From NCBI GenBank assembly GCA_040285825.1, contig JAUPSS010000001.1, positions 1,922,001-1,986,000 of the forward strand: a stretch of DNA of 64,000 nucleotides. The letters are read 5' to 3'. Source of the stretch: Eukaryota sp. TZLM1-RC (lineage: Eukaryota > Protista > Metamonada: BaSk clade). Positions 12,673 through 24,274 of the stretch are shown here, in pieces (the first letter of the stretch is position 1; each line of letters starts with the position of its first letter). The notes under the pieces were generated by a model that worked only from the letters and a program-made list of their open reading frames with translations, was not told where the DNA came from and did no database searches. Both the position numbers and the translations under genes were made by a program.

Positions 12673-13644
12673 ATGTCGTTTTCGTTTGAACAAGACTCCA
12701 ACCCTGAAGATTTCCAAGATTACTTACACATCAATTCTTCTGCTCCCCATGTGTCTCCATTAGACTGTCCAGTGGCTTCTCCTTCTGAAAAATTAGATTA
12801 TTTTGATTACCGATTATCATCTCTTTTCCAAACAGCCGTTGAAGCTTGTCGTATGCTGATCAACGTTTTAATTGTAGATGATGATCACAAAACTTTTATT
12901 ACCTATGTGTCTCATATATTGTACAGCAACGACAAGGCATATGGTAATTTTGTGAAGAATCCATTTCAGCCTTGGAATCCGAGAACAATGAGAAATCACT
13001 TTGTTCGTTCCTTCAAAGGGTCATTGGCAAGTGTTGAACAAGACAGAAATTACCATTCCAAAAAAATGACCAGCAAGTATCACAAAAGGAAGCAAATACT
13101 GATGGCAGAAGTGAAAAAACTGGTGGAAGATCAGAACAGTTCTTGTGAAATAGTTCTTCAATTGACTTCACATTTAGCAAGAACACAAAAAACTTATTTT
13201 AGTGCCAAAGTACATGGTAAAAGAGTTGAATATGAGGAAACACATTCTTTTTGTAAAAACCATCATTTTTTTAAATTTTGGTTTCCAGAATTTGATTTCC
13301 TCAATCCAGAGAAGAAAGTGGCTGATGAAACTGCTGTTTCTGTAAGCTGCGGTAATATTGCAAAAAATTCTTTTTCAGATGTAGAAAGACAGGAGGAAGA
13401 GTCACAAGAGATGGCTCCTACAGCTAATGTTGCTTCTGTAAGCGGCGGTAATATTGCAGAAAATTCTTTTTCAGATGTAGAAAGACAGGAGGCTGTTCTT
13501 GCTGATTTTCAAAATAATGCTAAATTTTTTGTGAATTTCAACCAGGATGTTAACACCCCCCCCCCCTGTACCTATAAAACGATGGGGGTTGAAACCCACA
13601 CCAGACTCCAGTTTCTTCAGTCCACAATGAAATGTTTCCAGTGA
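12673..13644 (+). CDS. Hypothetical protein with an internal duplication; probably continues to ~13760 after a frameshift in a poly-C run
   Basis: 323-aa ORF with SVSxGNIAxNSFSDVERQE twice. An acidic/basic tail (EEEAIYPPKKQRRK) follows in another frame after the C-run at ~13555-13566. Confidence 0.55.
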   Translation: MSFSFEQDSNPEDFQDYLHINSSAPHVSPLDCPVASPSEKLDYFDYRLSSLFQTAVEACRMLINVLIVDDDHKTFITYVSHILYSNDKAYGNFVKNPFQPWNPRTMRNHFVRSFKGSLASVEQDRNYHSKKMTSKYHKRKQILMAEVKKLVEDQNSSCEIVLQLTSHLARTQKTYFSAKVHGKRVEYEETHSFCKNHHFFKFWFPEFDFLNPEKKVADETAVSVSCGNIAKNSFSDVERQEEESQEMAPTANVASVSGGNIAENSFSDVERQEAVLADFQNNAKFFVNFNQDVNTPPPCTYKTMGVETHTRLQFLQSTMKCFQ

Positions 13645-14196
13645 AGAAGAGGCTATTGTGAATCCGGAAGAAGAGAATTATGAAGAAGAAGCGATATATC
13701 CACCAAAAAAACAAAGAAGAAAAAGCAGTAGATCTCGTAAAAGAAATTGTGAGTCATAATGTACTGTTGTTTTTTTAATATAAAAAATTTGTTTTTATTT
13801 GTTGCTCCCATTATTGATAAAAGTCTTAAGTCAATGAATAAAGCAACGTATTACTCTTAAAACGAGAACTTTTGTGGTATATGAAAGGCGAGAAGGTGAA
13901 GTGGAACAGCCGGGTATACCACATCGACCTTTTGTTTATATGAAGCAATTAACATAAAAATAATATCAAACAAAGGTCTACATTAAAGAGCAACAAAAAA
14001 GTTTTAGAAGGGTTAAAGGTCTAAAACGAATTGATATAGGTATGATGTAAGTAATCTTTAAAAAAAATTCAACAAGTTTATTTAAACAAGAAATTAAGGT
14101 TTATTTGAAGTGGTATAACCCTTAATGCCACAACAACAGAAATACATGATTAAAGATAAAGATAAAGATTCGCACAAGCCTTGGGGAAACATAATT

Positions 14197-15099
14197 TTAT
14201 TGGTTTATATACACACCATAATAATTATGTTGTATATTGAAGTATACATTAGGGCTGTCTATGGAAGATACATCATTGCTGTCTATGCGAGATGGGTTAT
14301 GGCTAACATCTTCTGGGATTGTATACTTTAAGCGACGAGGATCAAGAATTTGCTGCACAAGATTGACGAAATTAGTTTCATCATTGACTTGATATTCGCA
14401 CCATGAAACTGATAAAAATTCCTTCAATTGCTCTTCGTCACTAAAGGAAAAATCAGATAATATAACAATTAATTTATGGCCAAGGGGAATTGGTATTGTG
14501 ACCTGAGAGTCACTGTTCCTTTCCAGGTCTTTTTGGGAAGGGTTAAACATTTTCTGAAAAGAACTTCCCAACAAATTTAAGCGGAAAGCAGAATGAGAAT
14601 GATATTGAGGAAACTTATCCCATCTAGACTTTATCATTGTATCAAACATAATTTCTTGACCAAAGTACTCTTGTGGAAAAAACCCTTTGGATAATTGATA
14701 TACACTCTCCTCACAATTCAGTGCCCTGCACAGCAAATCCAAAAAGCATTGTCCCAAATGATAATTTGAGACTTTCAGCCAGATACCCTTACCTCCAGGA
14801 ACATAACAAGGTGCCATTTTCTTCTCATCGATCAAAAGCTTATATACTTCATCAGGATGCAAATTGAAACGTTTTATATAATGTGGAATCCCCCAGAAAG
14901 AGTTATCCTCAAAGCAACGGATAATGTAGGATGACCATTGAGTATGTTGATCAGAAGTAAGGAGTAAACCAGAATCTTCCAGAGGTACGCTAGGACGTAT
15001 GACGTCGTTGTCTTGGGAAGAAAGTGTTTGCATCAGTAGCAACAGGGGAGCGAAGGATGAAGGTTGACCAGAGTGGTAGGGTGGTAGGTGAGAATTCAA
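14197..15099 (-). CDS. Hypothetical protein, possible degenerate SF3 helicase (Rep-like) domain
   Basis: Motif order GIWL..LGQC / YFGQEIMFD / RLNLLGSS / LIVILSD parallels SF3 Walker A, B, B' and C, but the Walker A Lys is absent. Start codon uncertain. Confidence 0.4.
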   Translation of the reverse strand: MNSHLPPYHSGQPSSFAPLLLLMQTLSSQDNDVIRPSVPLEDSGLLLTSDQHTQWSSYIIRCFEDNSFWGIPHYIKRFNLHPDEVYKLLIDEKKMAPCYVPGGKGIWLKVSNYHLGQCFLDLLCRALNCEESVYQLSKGFFPQEYFGQEIMFDTMIKSRWDKFPQYHSHSAFRLNLLGSSFQKMFNPSQKDLERNSDSQVTIPIPLGHKLIVILSDFSFSDEEQLKEFLSVSWCEYQVNDETNFVNLVQQILDPRRLKYTIPEDVSHNPSRIDSNDVSSIDSPNVYFNIQHNYYGVYINQ

Positions 15100-15389
15100 G
15101 ATTAGTTAGTTTCAGATAAAGTTTCATTCAAGTCCACCAATGGATCATATTTCTAAGAACTGACGTTGTTAAGGTATATTAGTAATATTTTACTGATATT
15201 TTAGCAGTATATTAGTTTTATACAATGGTATAATAGTGGTATTTAGTGGTGGCCCCATCTAGACCACCTTTTATTACTCAATTTTGGGCATACCGTGCTG
15301 CATAGGAATCTTCATAATGATAATGAAGCCGGCTATTCGTTACCCAACTGTGCTGCTCAAGTTGATATTTATGGAATACTTTATAGTCG

Positions 15390-16090
15390 ATTCGATTTTA
15401 AAATTTTCCTAACCAACAACCAATCATCTTAAAAGCATCACTACTATAATTTGTAAAAGGGAGAACAGAACCGTTTATCACTGGATCCTGAGTAGAAGAA
15501 CCAATCAGAAGGCATTTGTTCGCTTCAACAAGACGCCCAATATTTTCGTATTATTCGCCATTTTTTTGAGCAACTAATTGTAAAAAATCAAATGAATTAT
15601 TCAAGGATATATCATCCATAGGAAAAACTATTTTTTTGAAGGGTATTTTTGCTTAATGATATTCAAAGTTTTGTGAATAGCTAAACAAAACAATAATGGG
15701 CCTAATGGATCTCCCTGCTTCACTCCAGAAGATGATTTAAGACCAAATGAATTAAAAATTAAATCTGATTCTTTACCATCAGAGTGGTAGAAAGAACTTG
15801 TCAGCTCAGGATAATCAGATTTAATTGTTTCAAAAATTCCGTTTCGTTTTACAGAATTACATGTATGTTTGAAGTCGAGATTGAAAACAAAAATATTATC
15901 CTCTGATTTAAAAAAGTATTATTGGCAAGAGCAACAACAGAAGCATTATCGACTGCTTTTATTCCATATTGATGAGGATTTAAAAATTTAGAAGCATTGT
16001 CTTTGACACGATCAAAGACAATCGATGCTAACAAACGAGATAAAGATTCACCAACGGCAATTGGATGTATACCACCAGGTTGACTAATGC
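15390..16090 (-). mobile_element. CRE-like reverse transcriptase fragment
   Basis: PIAVGESLSRL, PHQYGI, GVKQGDPLGP and MDDIS motifs, with frameshifts. Confidence 0.85.
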
Positions 16091-16149
16091 TGATAGAAAT
16101 AGAACACTTCTGTTTATTGCGTTTCCATTTTTTATAAAATTTCCAAAAA

Positions 16150-16340
16150 TTTGTTTCAGAAAACACAATGATGAAGATTTGATGTCCTTTTGTGGCATTC
16201 ATGAATTCAATTTGCTATAATTGATAAATTACCTCAGTTCTTTTACCGAATAACAGAACCAATAGCGAGAAAACATGCAGATCAGGATCTTGTAGATGAA
16301 ATCTTGGTTCATCAAATTTAGTCCCATTAGTTCTTATTCT
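16150..16340 (+). mobile_element. 3' end fragment of REL family D
   Basis: Similar to 19610-19807 (IQFAII..DQDLVDEILV..VPLV). Confidence 0.75.
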
Positions 16341-16488
16341 TATTTAGTTCTTATAAGAAAAAGTTATTCAATTTTTCTAAGTGTTGTAGTTCAATGAATT
16401 ATTATTTAACCAAAGTTCAAATTACTTTACATTGATCCTTGTACACCCCCACGGCATAAAATATTAATTGTTCCTCTATCAGACAAGT

Positions 16489-17865
16489 ATGGCTCGTGTG
16501 TTCTGTGAGCAAAGACTTCATACACCTGGACCCGGTTATTACAATCCAAGACTTCCCTCCAAGCAAACCTTTGGCCAATCACGCCTTGCCACAGCTCCTC
16601 CCCGAACAACTTTTTCTTCCGACGCCTCCACCGCCCCAGCAGTAGGCTCATATAACCCCAACCCACTCAATAGAAAATCCTATGGATGTGCACCTTTCAA
16701 CTCCACTTCAGCACGTGAATCACTTCCCACATTCCACACCCCTGCCCCTGGTTCATATGACATTTCACTTGCCACATCCAAACCTTGCTCCTCTCTTTGC
16801 TCCCGATCTGCTAGATTCCAACAATCCAAAGCTTCGAACCCTGCCCCCGGATCTTACAACATCTCTCCCCAATGGATTAAACCACGTACGGCACCTCTTC
16901 CCCCTGCCGATTCTAGCTCTCTCCAATGGGAAAGAGTCTCCACTGCCCCCTCCATACCGAATACTCAGTATGGGTACCACGTACAGGAAGGAAATCTCGT
17001 TCAAATACAAGCTCCTTTACACCATGGATATTCTGGTATTAATAATGACACAGTGGGACCAGGCGATTATTCTCCACGAATACTTGAAAAACAATCCTTT
17101 TCCACGGCCAATTGGTCTAATTATGGTCATAGGTGGAGTAGTAGTAATAATGACAATGAAGTTCCTCCTATTGGTAGTTATGATGTAAACATAGGTCGGG
17201 AAATAGGTCGGAGTGATGATAAGGTCAAGAGAGTGCCCTTTTCTCAATCAGCACCGAGAGAATCACTTGAGGGTCAATCAAAGTCGAATGATGACGTTCC
17301 ACCAGTTGGTATTTATGATACCAGGCCAAAATGGGATTTTGAGCGACCTAGAGAAGGGCTCACTCCGATACCAATCGGTGGAAGGTCAAAAAGATTCAAT
17401 AGTCCTCGAGAGTCTACCAATCAAAACGTGTTGATTACGATCCCAGGCAGAACAGGGCGTTCATTACCCTTCCGATCGATCGGACCCATACATCGTCCTG
17501 GTTTTGGAGGTAACAGTAAAAGATTTATGGAAAAGAAGGGTTTTGATTTAGGACCAGGTCAATATTATGAACAGAACACTCAGGAAAGTCAAACAAAGTC
17601 AGCTAAATTTGGATCTTTTGGACTTGGAAAACGTGAAATTTTTACTGGTGATTCTGATTCTGTAGGCCCTGGGAAGTATCAAATTTCTAAAAGAAGGGTC
17701 AAAAAGAAAAGAAAAAGTGGCACGTTGAAGAGTACTTGTAAAAGATTCACTGATCAAAAGCATAACAATGTACCAGATGTTGGGCATTATAACGTTAAAA
17801 TACCAGATTTCAAACCAAGAAAAGAACTAATTCCCTTCAATTCTACTACGAATAGGTTTAAATAA
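16489..17865 (+). CDS. STPG2: Sperm-tail PG-rich (SHIPPO) repeat flagellar protein, STPG2-like
   Basis: Many PGPGxY/PAPGSY/VGPGxY repeats, plus the PSIP..YGY..G.L..DTVGPGDY block typical of STPG2. Confidence 0.8.
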   Translation: MARVFCEQRLHTPGPGYYNPRLPSKQTFGQSRLATAPPRTTFSSDASTAPAVGSYNPNPLNRKSYGCAPFNSTSARESLPTFHTPAPGSYDISLATSKPCSSLCSRSARFQQSKASNPAPGSYNISPQWIKPRTAPLPPADSSSLQWERVSTAPSIPNTQYGYHVQEGNLVQIQAPLHHGYSGINNDTVGPGDYSPRILEKQSFSTANWSNYGHRWSSSNNDNEVPPIGSYDVNIGREIGRSDDKVKRVPFSQSAPRESLEGQSKSNDDVPPVGIYDTRPKWDFERPREGLTPIPIGGRSKRFNSPRESTNQNVLITIPGRTGRSLPFRSIGPIHRPGFGGNSKRFMEKKGFDLGPGQYYEQNTQESQTKSAKFGSFGLGKREIFTGDSDSVGPGKYQISKRRVKKKRKSGTLKSTCKRFTDQKHNNVPDVGHYNVKIPDFKPRKELIPFNSTTNRFK

Positions 17866-18028
17866 TTTTTCATATTTTGAGAAAACTTTAAACTTTATAT
17901 TAAATTCATAATTGATTATGATTAATAAATAAGTTTTCTCTGTATTATAATTTATTAGTTTCTAATTAAGTTGTAAATATTTTACTGTAGATTACATTGA
18001 ATATTTCAAATAAATAAAAAAATTTAAA

Positions 18029-19339
18029 TTAATTATCAGAATTTAAATAACAAAAACAATATTTTTCCTTATCACACAACAATAACTTTCCCCCAAAATC
18101 ATCAAAGTAAAGTCTACTTGGTTTGACGCATGACAGTGGAATATTCGCACAGCTGGCACCCTCAAGATCCCAGAAATAAACATTTGTGTTACCAGAAAGA
18201 ATAATTAAATTGATTTCCTTTGGGCTCCATTTGAAATTCTTGACTGTTTCCTTTAATATCACAACGGAAACTAGTTTTAAACTGGTTACCGACCATATCC
18301 AGACGCAACGTGGCATATTATCATTACGTGTTGCCACGTATTTCTCGTCAAAACTGAATTCAATTAAAGAAACCCCTATTTTTGGGTTAGGCTTGCTCAA
18401 CGAAGGCGGAATGTTCTCTAAAACTACAGGTGGCTGAACAATCCTGAACCACGACCTTTCAACACCGTTGGTGACGTGGAGTGACGTGTCACTTTCCGGA
18501 ATTCCAAAGACTTCCTCGTAAATGGTCACGTCATCTGATTGAATTGGTGATGAGTGTATGAGTGAAGTGATTGGATTCCACGTAAGAGAGTTTACCAAAA
18601 CTAATCTTTCGTTAAAACCGCCAATTCCCAACAAAGAATTTGAAACACTTACATTTTTAATTCCAAGCCCTGGTTCTTCGTTTTTGAGGCAATAAACTGG
18701 TTTTCCCGTGATAGAAATCACATTTAAAACAAAATTCAGCTCAGATTCATAGTAGATTAAGCAAGAGGAATCATGTGAAAATGCCAAATTCCCGGCGTCA
18801 GTTGAACTCAACTCCTTCTCCAATACTTGCTCCCAATTCTCCACAGAGTACAACCTTACTGAATCCTTGCAGTTCTCTCTCCTCAACACGGCCATCAGAG
18901 TTCCATCGTTATTAAAGCAGATGCCCTTATCACTGAACTTTGGGTAGGAAATGTACCGTCCAGAGCGATTAACAAGTGACCATATAGTTAACCGTAACTG
19001 AAAATCAGCGACTGTGATGACGTGGCGTGAGTCAGGGGCCCAGTAGCAGTTAACTATAGATGCGAGGGGGTCATGAATGCGACATTTCCATTCAGGGTCG
19101 GCTATAAGGAATACTTGGACAAGAGAGCGTTTGAAGCAGCCACAGAGGACCAGTTTAGAATCTTTTGACCACGAAACCTTTTGGATAACGTCTTGACAGG
19201 AGAAGATATGCACTACTTCCATATCAAGAGTGTTGCGTATGATAAGGCGATTTTTATTTGCAGAAGCAATGTATTCATAGTTGGGAGAGAAAAATGTTTG
19301 ACCAGTGTGTGAAAAAGCGTCACTGAAGTGTATTGACAT
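18029..19339 (-). CDS. WRAP73: WD-repeat protein WRAP73/WDR8 (basal body)
   Basis: PEWKCRI..WAPDSRHVITVADFQLRLTIWSL, YPKF, KPNPKIGV and YVATRNDNMP..VWIW. Confidence 0.93.
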   Translation of the reverse strand: MSIHFSDAFSHTGQTFFSPNYEYIASANKNRLIIRNTLDMEVVHIFSCQDVIQKVSWSKDSKLVLCGCFKRSLVQVFLIADPEWKCRIHDPLASIVNCYWAPDSRHVITVADFQLRLTIWSLVNRSGRYISYPKFSDKGICFNNDGTLMAVLRRENCKDSVRLYSVENWEQVLEKELSSTDAGNLAFSHDSSCLIYYESELNFVLNVISITGKPVYCLKNEEPGLGIKNVSVSNSLLGIGGFNERLVLVNSLTWNPITSLIHSSPIQSDDVTIYEEVFGIPESDTSLHVTNGVERSWFRIVQPPVVLENIPPSLSKPNPKIGVSLIEFSFDEKYVATRNDNMPRCVWIWSVTSLKLVSVVILKETVKNFKWSPKEINLIILSGNTNVYFWDLEGASCANIPLSCVKPSRLYFDDFGGKLLLCDKEKYCFCYLNSDN

Positions 19340-19534
19340 CAGCTAATGATTCAATTAAGTCAAAATATATGGAAGAATTGAGATGAATGTTGGTGGGTAA
19401 CTGAAAATGAAATTCATAAAGTGAATCTTATTAACCGTTCTTTCAAGTCCACCAGATCTGGTTCCTGACGCATCCTCCATTTTGATTTTGATTAGTTTGC
19501 TTCATTTCTAGTAAAATGTAAATAATACACAGTT

Positions 19535-19830
19535 TTGTATTCAAGAGCTTTCCCATTTTCGATAAATGGAAGATTATCAGTTGAAGCAGAAACTTTTTTG
19601 GATGACTTCCAAAAAATGGTGCAAGAAAAAACAATGAAAAAATTTGATATTTTTTTATGGCGTTCACGGATTCAATTTGCCATTATTAATAGATTATCGC
19701 GGTTTTTCAATCGAATTAGAGAAGCTTTAGCTAGACAGCAAGCAAATCAAGATTCTGTAGAGGATAATCTTGGTTCAATGATAGTCGTCCCATTAGTTAT
19801 GAGTTAATTTAATTAAGTGTGCAAATTCAA
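19535..19830 (+). mobile_element. 3' fragment of REL family D
   Basis: AFPFSINGRLSVEAETFL..WRSRIQFAI..VVPLVMS*. A further remnant lies at 20105-20165. Confidence 0.85.
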
Positions 19831-20250
19831 TAACTATATTATAAGAGCTTTTTATAACTTTATGAATTTTTCATTTTGCAACAAAACTTTAGTCAAGAAT
19901 CGACACTATTTCAGGTAAGTAAGAAATAATCATTTACTATCTAGCCATGACGTTGATTGATGGAAATCAGCATTCTGTCCTGATAGAACCAAGAGAAGTG
20001 ATGGAATTGCATGTCATTACCTTGAACTCTATCAAACAGTCTGCGTTATCACTAAAGTCATCCTCCCGTGAACCTCAAAATATTTGCTGAATTAATTGGG
20101 TCAAACAAGATTTTGTGGAGGAAATCTTGATTCAATGATATTCGTCCCATTAATTATGAGTTATGAATAAATATTTTTGTCAAAACAAATTCCAAAATTG
20201 TATTTTGGAAAATCTTTTTTTGTATATTTATTTATTTCGAAGGAAATTCT

Positions 20251-20398
20251 AGACCGAAATAGTCGGAATTACAATGGTTTGAATGATGTAAGTGACGTTC
20301 TATAACCAGTGGTACGGGGTGCGTCGTATTTTGCTACCGCGCCCTTGGGTACAAGAGTTTGACTGGGGTGGGATGCGGGTGTGTGACCCACACCCTTT
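20251..20398 (+). ncRNA. Unassigned structured ncRNA candidate
   Basis: GC-rich island with hairpins CCGA/TCGG and TTACA/TGTAA, nested helices CCAGT/ACTGG, GTAC/GTAC and GGGGTGCG/CGCGCCCT, and a terminal GGGTGTG/CACACCC hairpin followed by TTT. Confidence 0.5.
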
Positions 20399-20461
20399 AA
20401 TACTGCTGATAACACTGAATAATTTTATTTATTGGATAAACATCAATACTGAATTATTCAG

Positions 20462-21154
20462 TTACTCCTCCTTTTCTACAGACACTGGAGCCGCAACAAT
20501 GTTGAAACGCTCCAAAACACGACGAGCTCCTGCTTTTTCAGCAAGATGAAACACCTTTAGCTTAGCTTGGGTCAAATAGCGGAGAGCCAGACGGTAGACC
20601 AAATCCACATAGGTTCCGACATGGCGGGAGATTAGATGGGCAATGGTAGTTACTTGGTTGGGATAGGTAACATACACCTTAGGGAAGGTCATCAGAGTGA
20701 AGAACGCAAAGAAGGAGAGGGTGAGACCAGTGAACAGACGGCCCAGGACAAACAAACCAAAGGAGACACCAATAGCCTTGTGTGTCAGCGTGGTGTCGTG
20801 AAATGTGGAGATCTTCCAAAAAACTCTGGCGATGGAGTTGATAAGCGGGCTAACTTCATTCACAAAATTGTGGATCTCTGCAGAGGGAACGATTTCGTCC
20901 TTCTCAGGGGTTTGTTCGGGGCTAATAGAACCACCTCTTAACATACGAGCGATGCGCTTCTTGGCATGGCCAGTGATGAGGATAACGGTAATCAACGAGG
21001 ATAGCAGGCTGATGATAGACCACGATCCAAACTTACATAAGAGATAAGTGAGAACACCGATCAAGAGTGTTAATCCAGAAACATGAGGTTTGTTCCAGAA
21101 CACTAAACTAGAGAGTGCTGGATAATCTTCAATCCAGTCAATGATGGGATGCAT
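20462..21154 (-). CDS. Reticulon-domain ER membrane protein
   Basis: SLVFWNKPHVSG, two long hydrophobic hairpins and GRLFTGLTL..TFPKVYVTY. Confidence 0.88.
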   Translation of the reverse strand: MHPIIDWIEDYPALSSLVFWNKPHVSGLTLLIGVLTYLLCKFGSWSIISLLSSLITVILITGHAKKRIARMLRGGSISPEQTPEKDEIVPSAEIHNFVNEVSPLINSIARVFWKISTFHDTTLTHKAIGVSFGLFVLGRLFTGLTLSFFAFFTLMTFPKVYVTYPNQVTTIAHLISRHVGTYVDLVYRLALRYLTQAKLKVFHLAEKAGARRVLERFNIVAAPVSVEKEE

Positions 21155-21239
21155 TCTTGGAGAGTTTAAAGTGTTGTAAATTCCAAAAATGCTTAGGTCA
21201 AGATTATCCATTATTAACATTATATTAACATTCATCATT

Positions 21240-21855
21240 ATACGATGCTTTCAGGGACACTGTTTTTAATATGACAAGAACTACAGGAATCTCATGTCTG
21301 AAAGAGCCTTTGCTTAGAGATACACTGTCCATAAACAAGTTTGGTTCTGCTGATGTTAGGTGATATTTACTGTGATTGGATTGATAACATTGAAGTTATT
21401 GTTAATTTTGTCTCCTGTAATGTTGAAAATGGCACTTTGGTTCATAGAAGGAAATTTAATCCTGTAAAAGCTCTTGCGAATTAGAAATCGAATTAAAATA
21501 ATAGAAAATAGGACAACTGGGAACTAAAGTGAATATTAAATAAATATTCCTATCTCCCTCCAGTAAAGGCTGCTATGGCTTTCTTTGAGTACTTTGTTGT
21601 AGTTGTAAAGGAGAGAATTGGCAGATTTTTACATCTTGTTTACTGGCAAAACAGGATAGTATTTTCTATAACAGGACTGTGTTTTTATTTTTAAGAGTAT
21701 GGTAAAATTAATTTCTGATTCACTGTCTTCCTTTGAGAAATTTTCTGAATCTTTGGTAATGAATTGTTTTGATGTAGGGGATGCAAGTTTTGAGGATGTG
21801 GAGTTTTAATTGTGTATTTTATGTTTTCATATTTTTTGTTAAATGAATAAAAAGT
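21240..21855 (+). mobile_element. Adjacent fragments of REL families D (21240-21480) and A (21555-21855)
   Basis: Similar to 46580-46810 and, in reverse complement, to 52018-52260 (YWQNRIVFS..FEDVEF*). Confidence 0.8.
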
Positions 21856-22224
21856 AGTGTGTTGGAAATGAAAGATTTCAAATTTTGAATAAACAGAATT
21901 GTTCTTTACATCTTCAAATCTATTCCAAAAATGATTTCTATAGCTCATTTAGTTATTGGTGTAGAATATGAACGAAATACTGTGAGTAGGTTTGGTAATA
22001 GTGATTTGTGTTCGGACGATATTGAATACTGGATAGAATTTTTTTCAATTAATACAGTGCAATTTTTTGAAAAGAACTCGATTCATTTCATCCTCATTTT
22101 CTATTACCATCAACATCAAATAATGACGTTTCAAATGATTTTTGATACAATTGATTTGATCTCGGCAATTTCTTATTGGGTAATTCAGTACTATTCTTTT
22201 TGATCTTTTTTCATTAAAAACCTG

Positions 22225-23902
22225 TAAATTAACATTTAAATAATCCATCTCTCCCAAACACCAGATGCAACTCTTTTATAGTGAGATGCAAGAGAAAGCA
22301 CAGCATCAGAAACCATCTTCAACATCCCTTTAACAATAGAAAACAGAATTCTATTTTGCTAAAATAATCATTTGAAATTTCTGTCAGTTCTTTTCTTTAC
22401 AATCGATTCAAAATCTTCTAAAAAACGTATAGACGTTCGAGCAAGTAAACCAAAAAGAGAAAATACAAATTGATACAAATTGTATTTTACATGCTGTTGA
22501 CTGAACAATTTGGACAAAGGTTCACTGTATTTTTTGATTTAAATATTCACAGCTTTTGAAAGAGGATAGTGAATTTCAGAATTAGCAAGTCTTTCATTTG
22601 AGGCATAACAAGGATCAACAGACATTACATCCAATAAAATGAAGCTTCCATCTAATCCAGGTAATATCACATCACATCCATGATTTTTGTGAAAATCATC
22701 CTCAGTATCAAACAGATTTGAGAACAGAGGTTTCAAAGAGGATTCAATTCCATGAGACTTACACACACAATATAATTGGATTCTTACAGCATTGTGAACC
22801 TGGCTTCGAAAAGTAATAAAATGTTTACAATTTAACAAATGAGTAACTGAGACTTTTCGAGAACATTGATCAATTAAATTTAGAGGTAAATTATCAGGCC
22901 CGATAAAGTAACGAAATCTCTTATTCAAATTCCAAGCAGAATCAGTTAAGAGAGTAGCATAAACTTGAGGAATTGTTGTTACTAAGGCAGAGGAAGTACT
23001 GTCACACATATCTTGTAAAAGATTTGCAAAAGCGGGATTCTTTTTCTTGGCCAAGCCAAGTCTAACATCAAAATCCAAGCTTTCAAAAATCTTTGACAAT
23101 TTTTGTTGAAGCTGTTTACAGGAACACTGCAAATTCAAAAGAGATTGGTTTGGAATTTCTTGAATTGAAAGGGGAAAACATTATGTCCAAATTTGTGGTG
23201 GCAATGCTTCAAGTTCACAAGATTAGTCATTCAACTATGGACTGCAATTGGGACTAACAGATGAAAATCATCAGGAAAACTGTGAGAAAATTCATAAATA
23301 AAATTTTTGCCTCCACCCAAAAATACTGATTGACACAAAATTGAAGATTTAGTAAATCCAATACCACCCGAATTTGCCGAAGAAATTAAGTGATTTTTTA
23401 ACATTCCTGCTTCTACGTCCAATAAATCAGCAAAAAAATTCTGTTCTCAATGAATTGAAGGAACGACAAAAATCTAATGCTATGGAAGGAGCACAAGATC
23501 TCAAAATGAGGGTTATTCTCCCAGTGTAGCAAATTTTAAGCATGAAAAATTTAATATGCTTTTCTATATCTGAAGAAGAAATTGAATCAAGTTCAATTTT
23601 CATTTTTTTCAAAATAACTTGTAATTCATTCTGAATTTGAGGCACGTTTCCTAACCAACAACCAAGGAACATAAAAGCATCACTATTATAATTAGTAAAA
23701 AGGACAGTGCAATCGTTTATCGCAAGATCCTGAGCAGAGGAACCAATCAGAAGGCATTTGCTTGCATTAAGATGAAGCCCAATATTTTCATATGAATCGG
23801 CAATTTCTTGAGCAACCAATTGTAATAAATCAAAGGAACCAATCAGGGATATAGCATCTACATATGCAACTATTTTGAGGGAAGGATATTTTTGCTTAAT
23901 GA
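22225..23902 (-). mobile_element. 5'-truncated CRE-like retrotransposon, family B (RT end, thumb, CCHC, REL)
   Basis: IVAYVDAIS, FLGCWLG, DIEKHIKFF, GGIGF, HLLNC..R..HNAVR, DVMSVDP, KKY and GEMDYLNVNL*. Close homologue of 61333-62830. Confidence 0.9.
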
Positions 23903-24274
23903 TATATTGTCTCCAACTTGCTCTTTCTTTAGTTCCATGCGAACATCTTTTCTCTATAGCTGGTAACACAGTAGCAGAATCTAGGCATTGGTTATCACCA
24001 GAGGTTGTTGAAGATTTGTTGCGTGTTCGTTTATGCAGTTCGCAGTTGTATTTGTAATGTATTTTTTAAAAAAGCTTTTGTAATGATTGTATGATTTCAT
24101 TTTCAATGTAAAAATTGTTTTGACAATTTCACAAGCAGTCAACTGAACCACCACTATAAAAATAATCGATAATTTGTGTAAATTTTACTAAAGCCTATTC
24201 GATAAATTGATTTCATGGATGTCCTGGAAGGATAGCGGAACTTCATGAATTTCACCCATCCATTACCAACCCTA
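23903..24274 (+). mobile_element. hAT transposon 3' remnant (hATC dimerisation domain plus probable terminus)
   Basis: LVPCEHLFSIAGNTVAESRHWLSPEVVEDLL matches the hATC motif SxPxERxFSxAG. Ends ..CCAACCCTA (a TAGGG-type TIR). Confidence 0.75.

Noticed and set aside
15182-15190. CRESS-type nonanucleotide AAATATTAC on the minus strand
   Set aside because: It lies within an AT-rich stem rather than in a loop, and is expected by chance at this base composition.
20360-20395. SRP Alu domain on the minus strand, or a Helitron 3' hairpin
   Set aside because: No SRP helix-8 motif, and no CTRR end after the hairpin.
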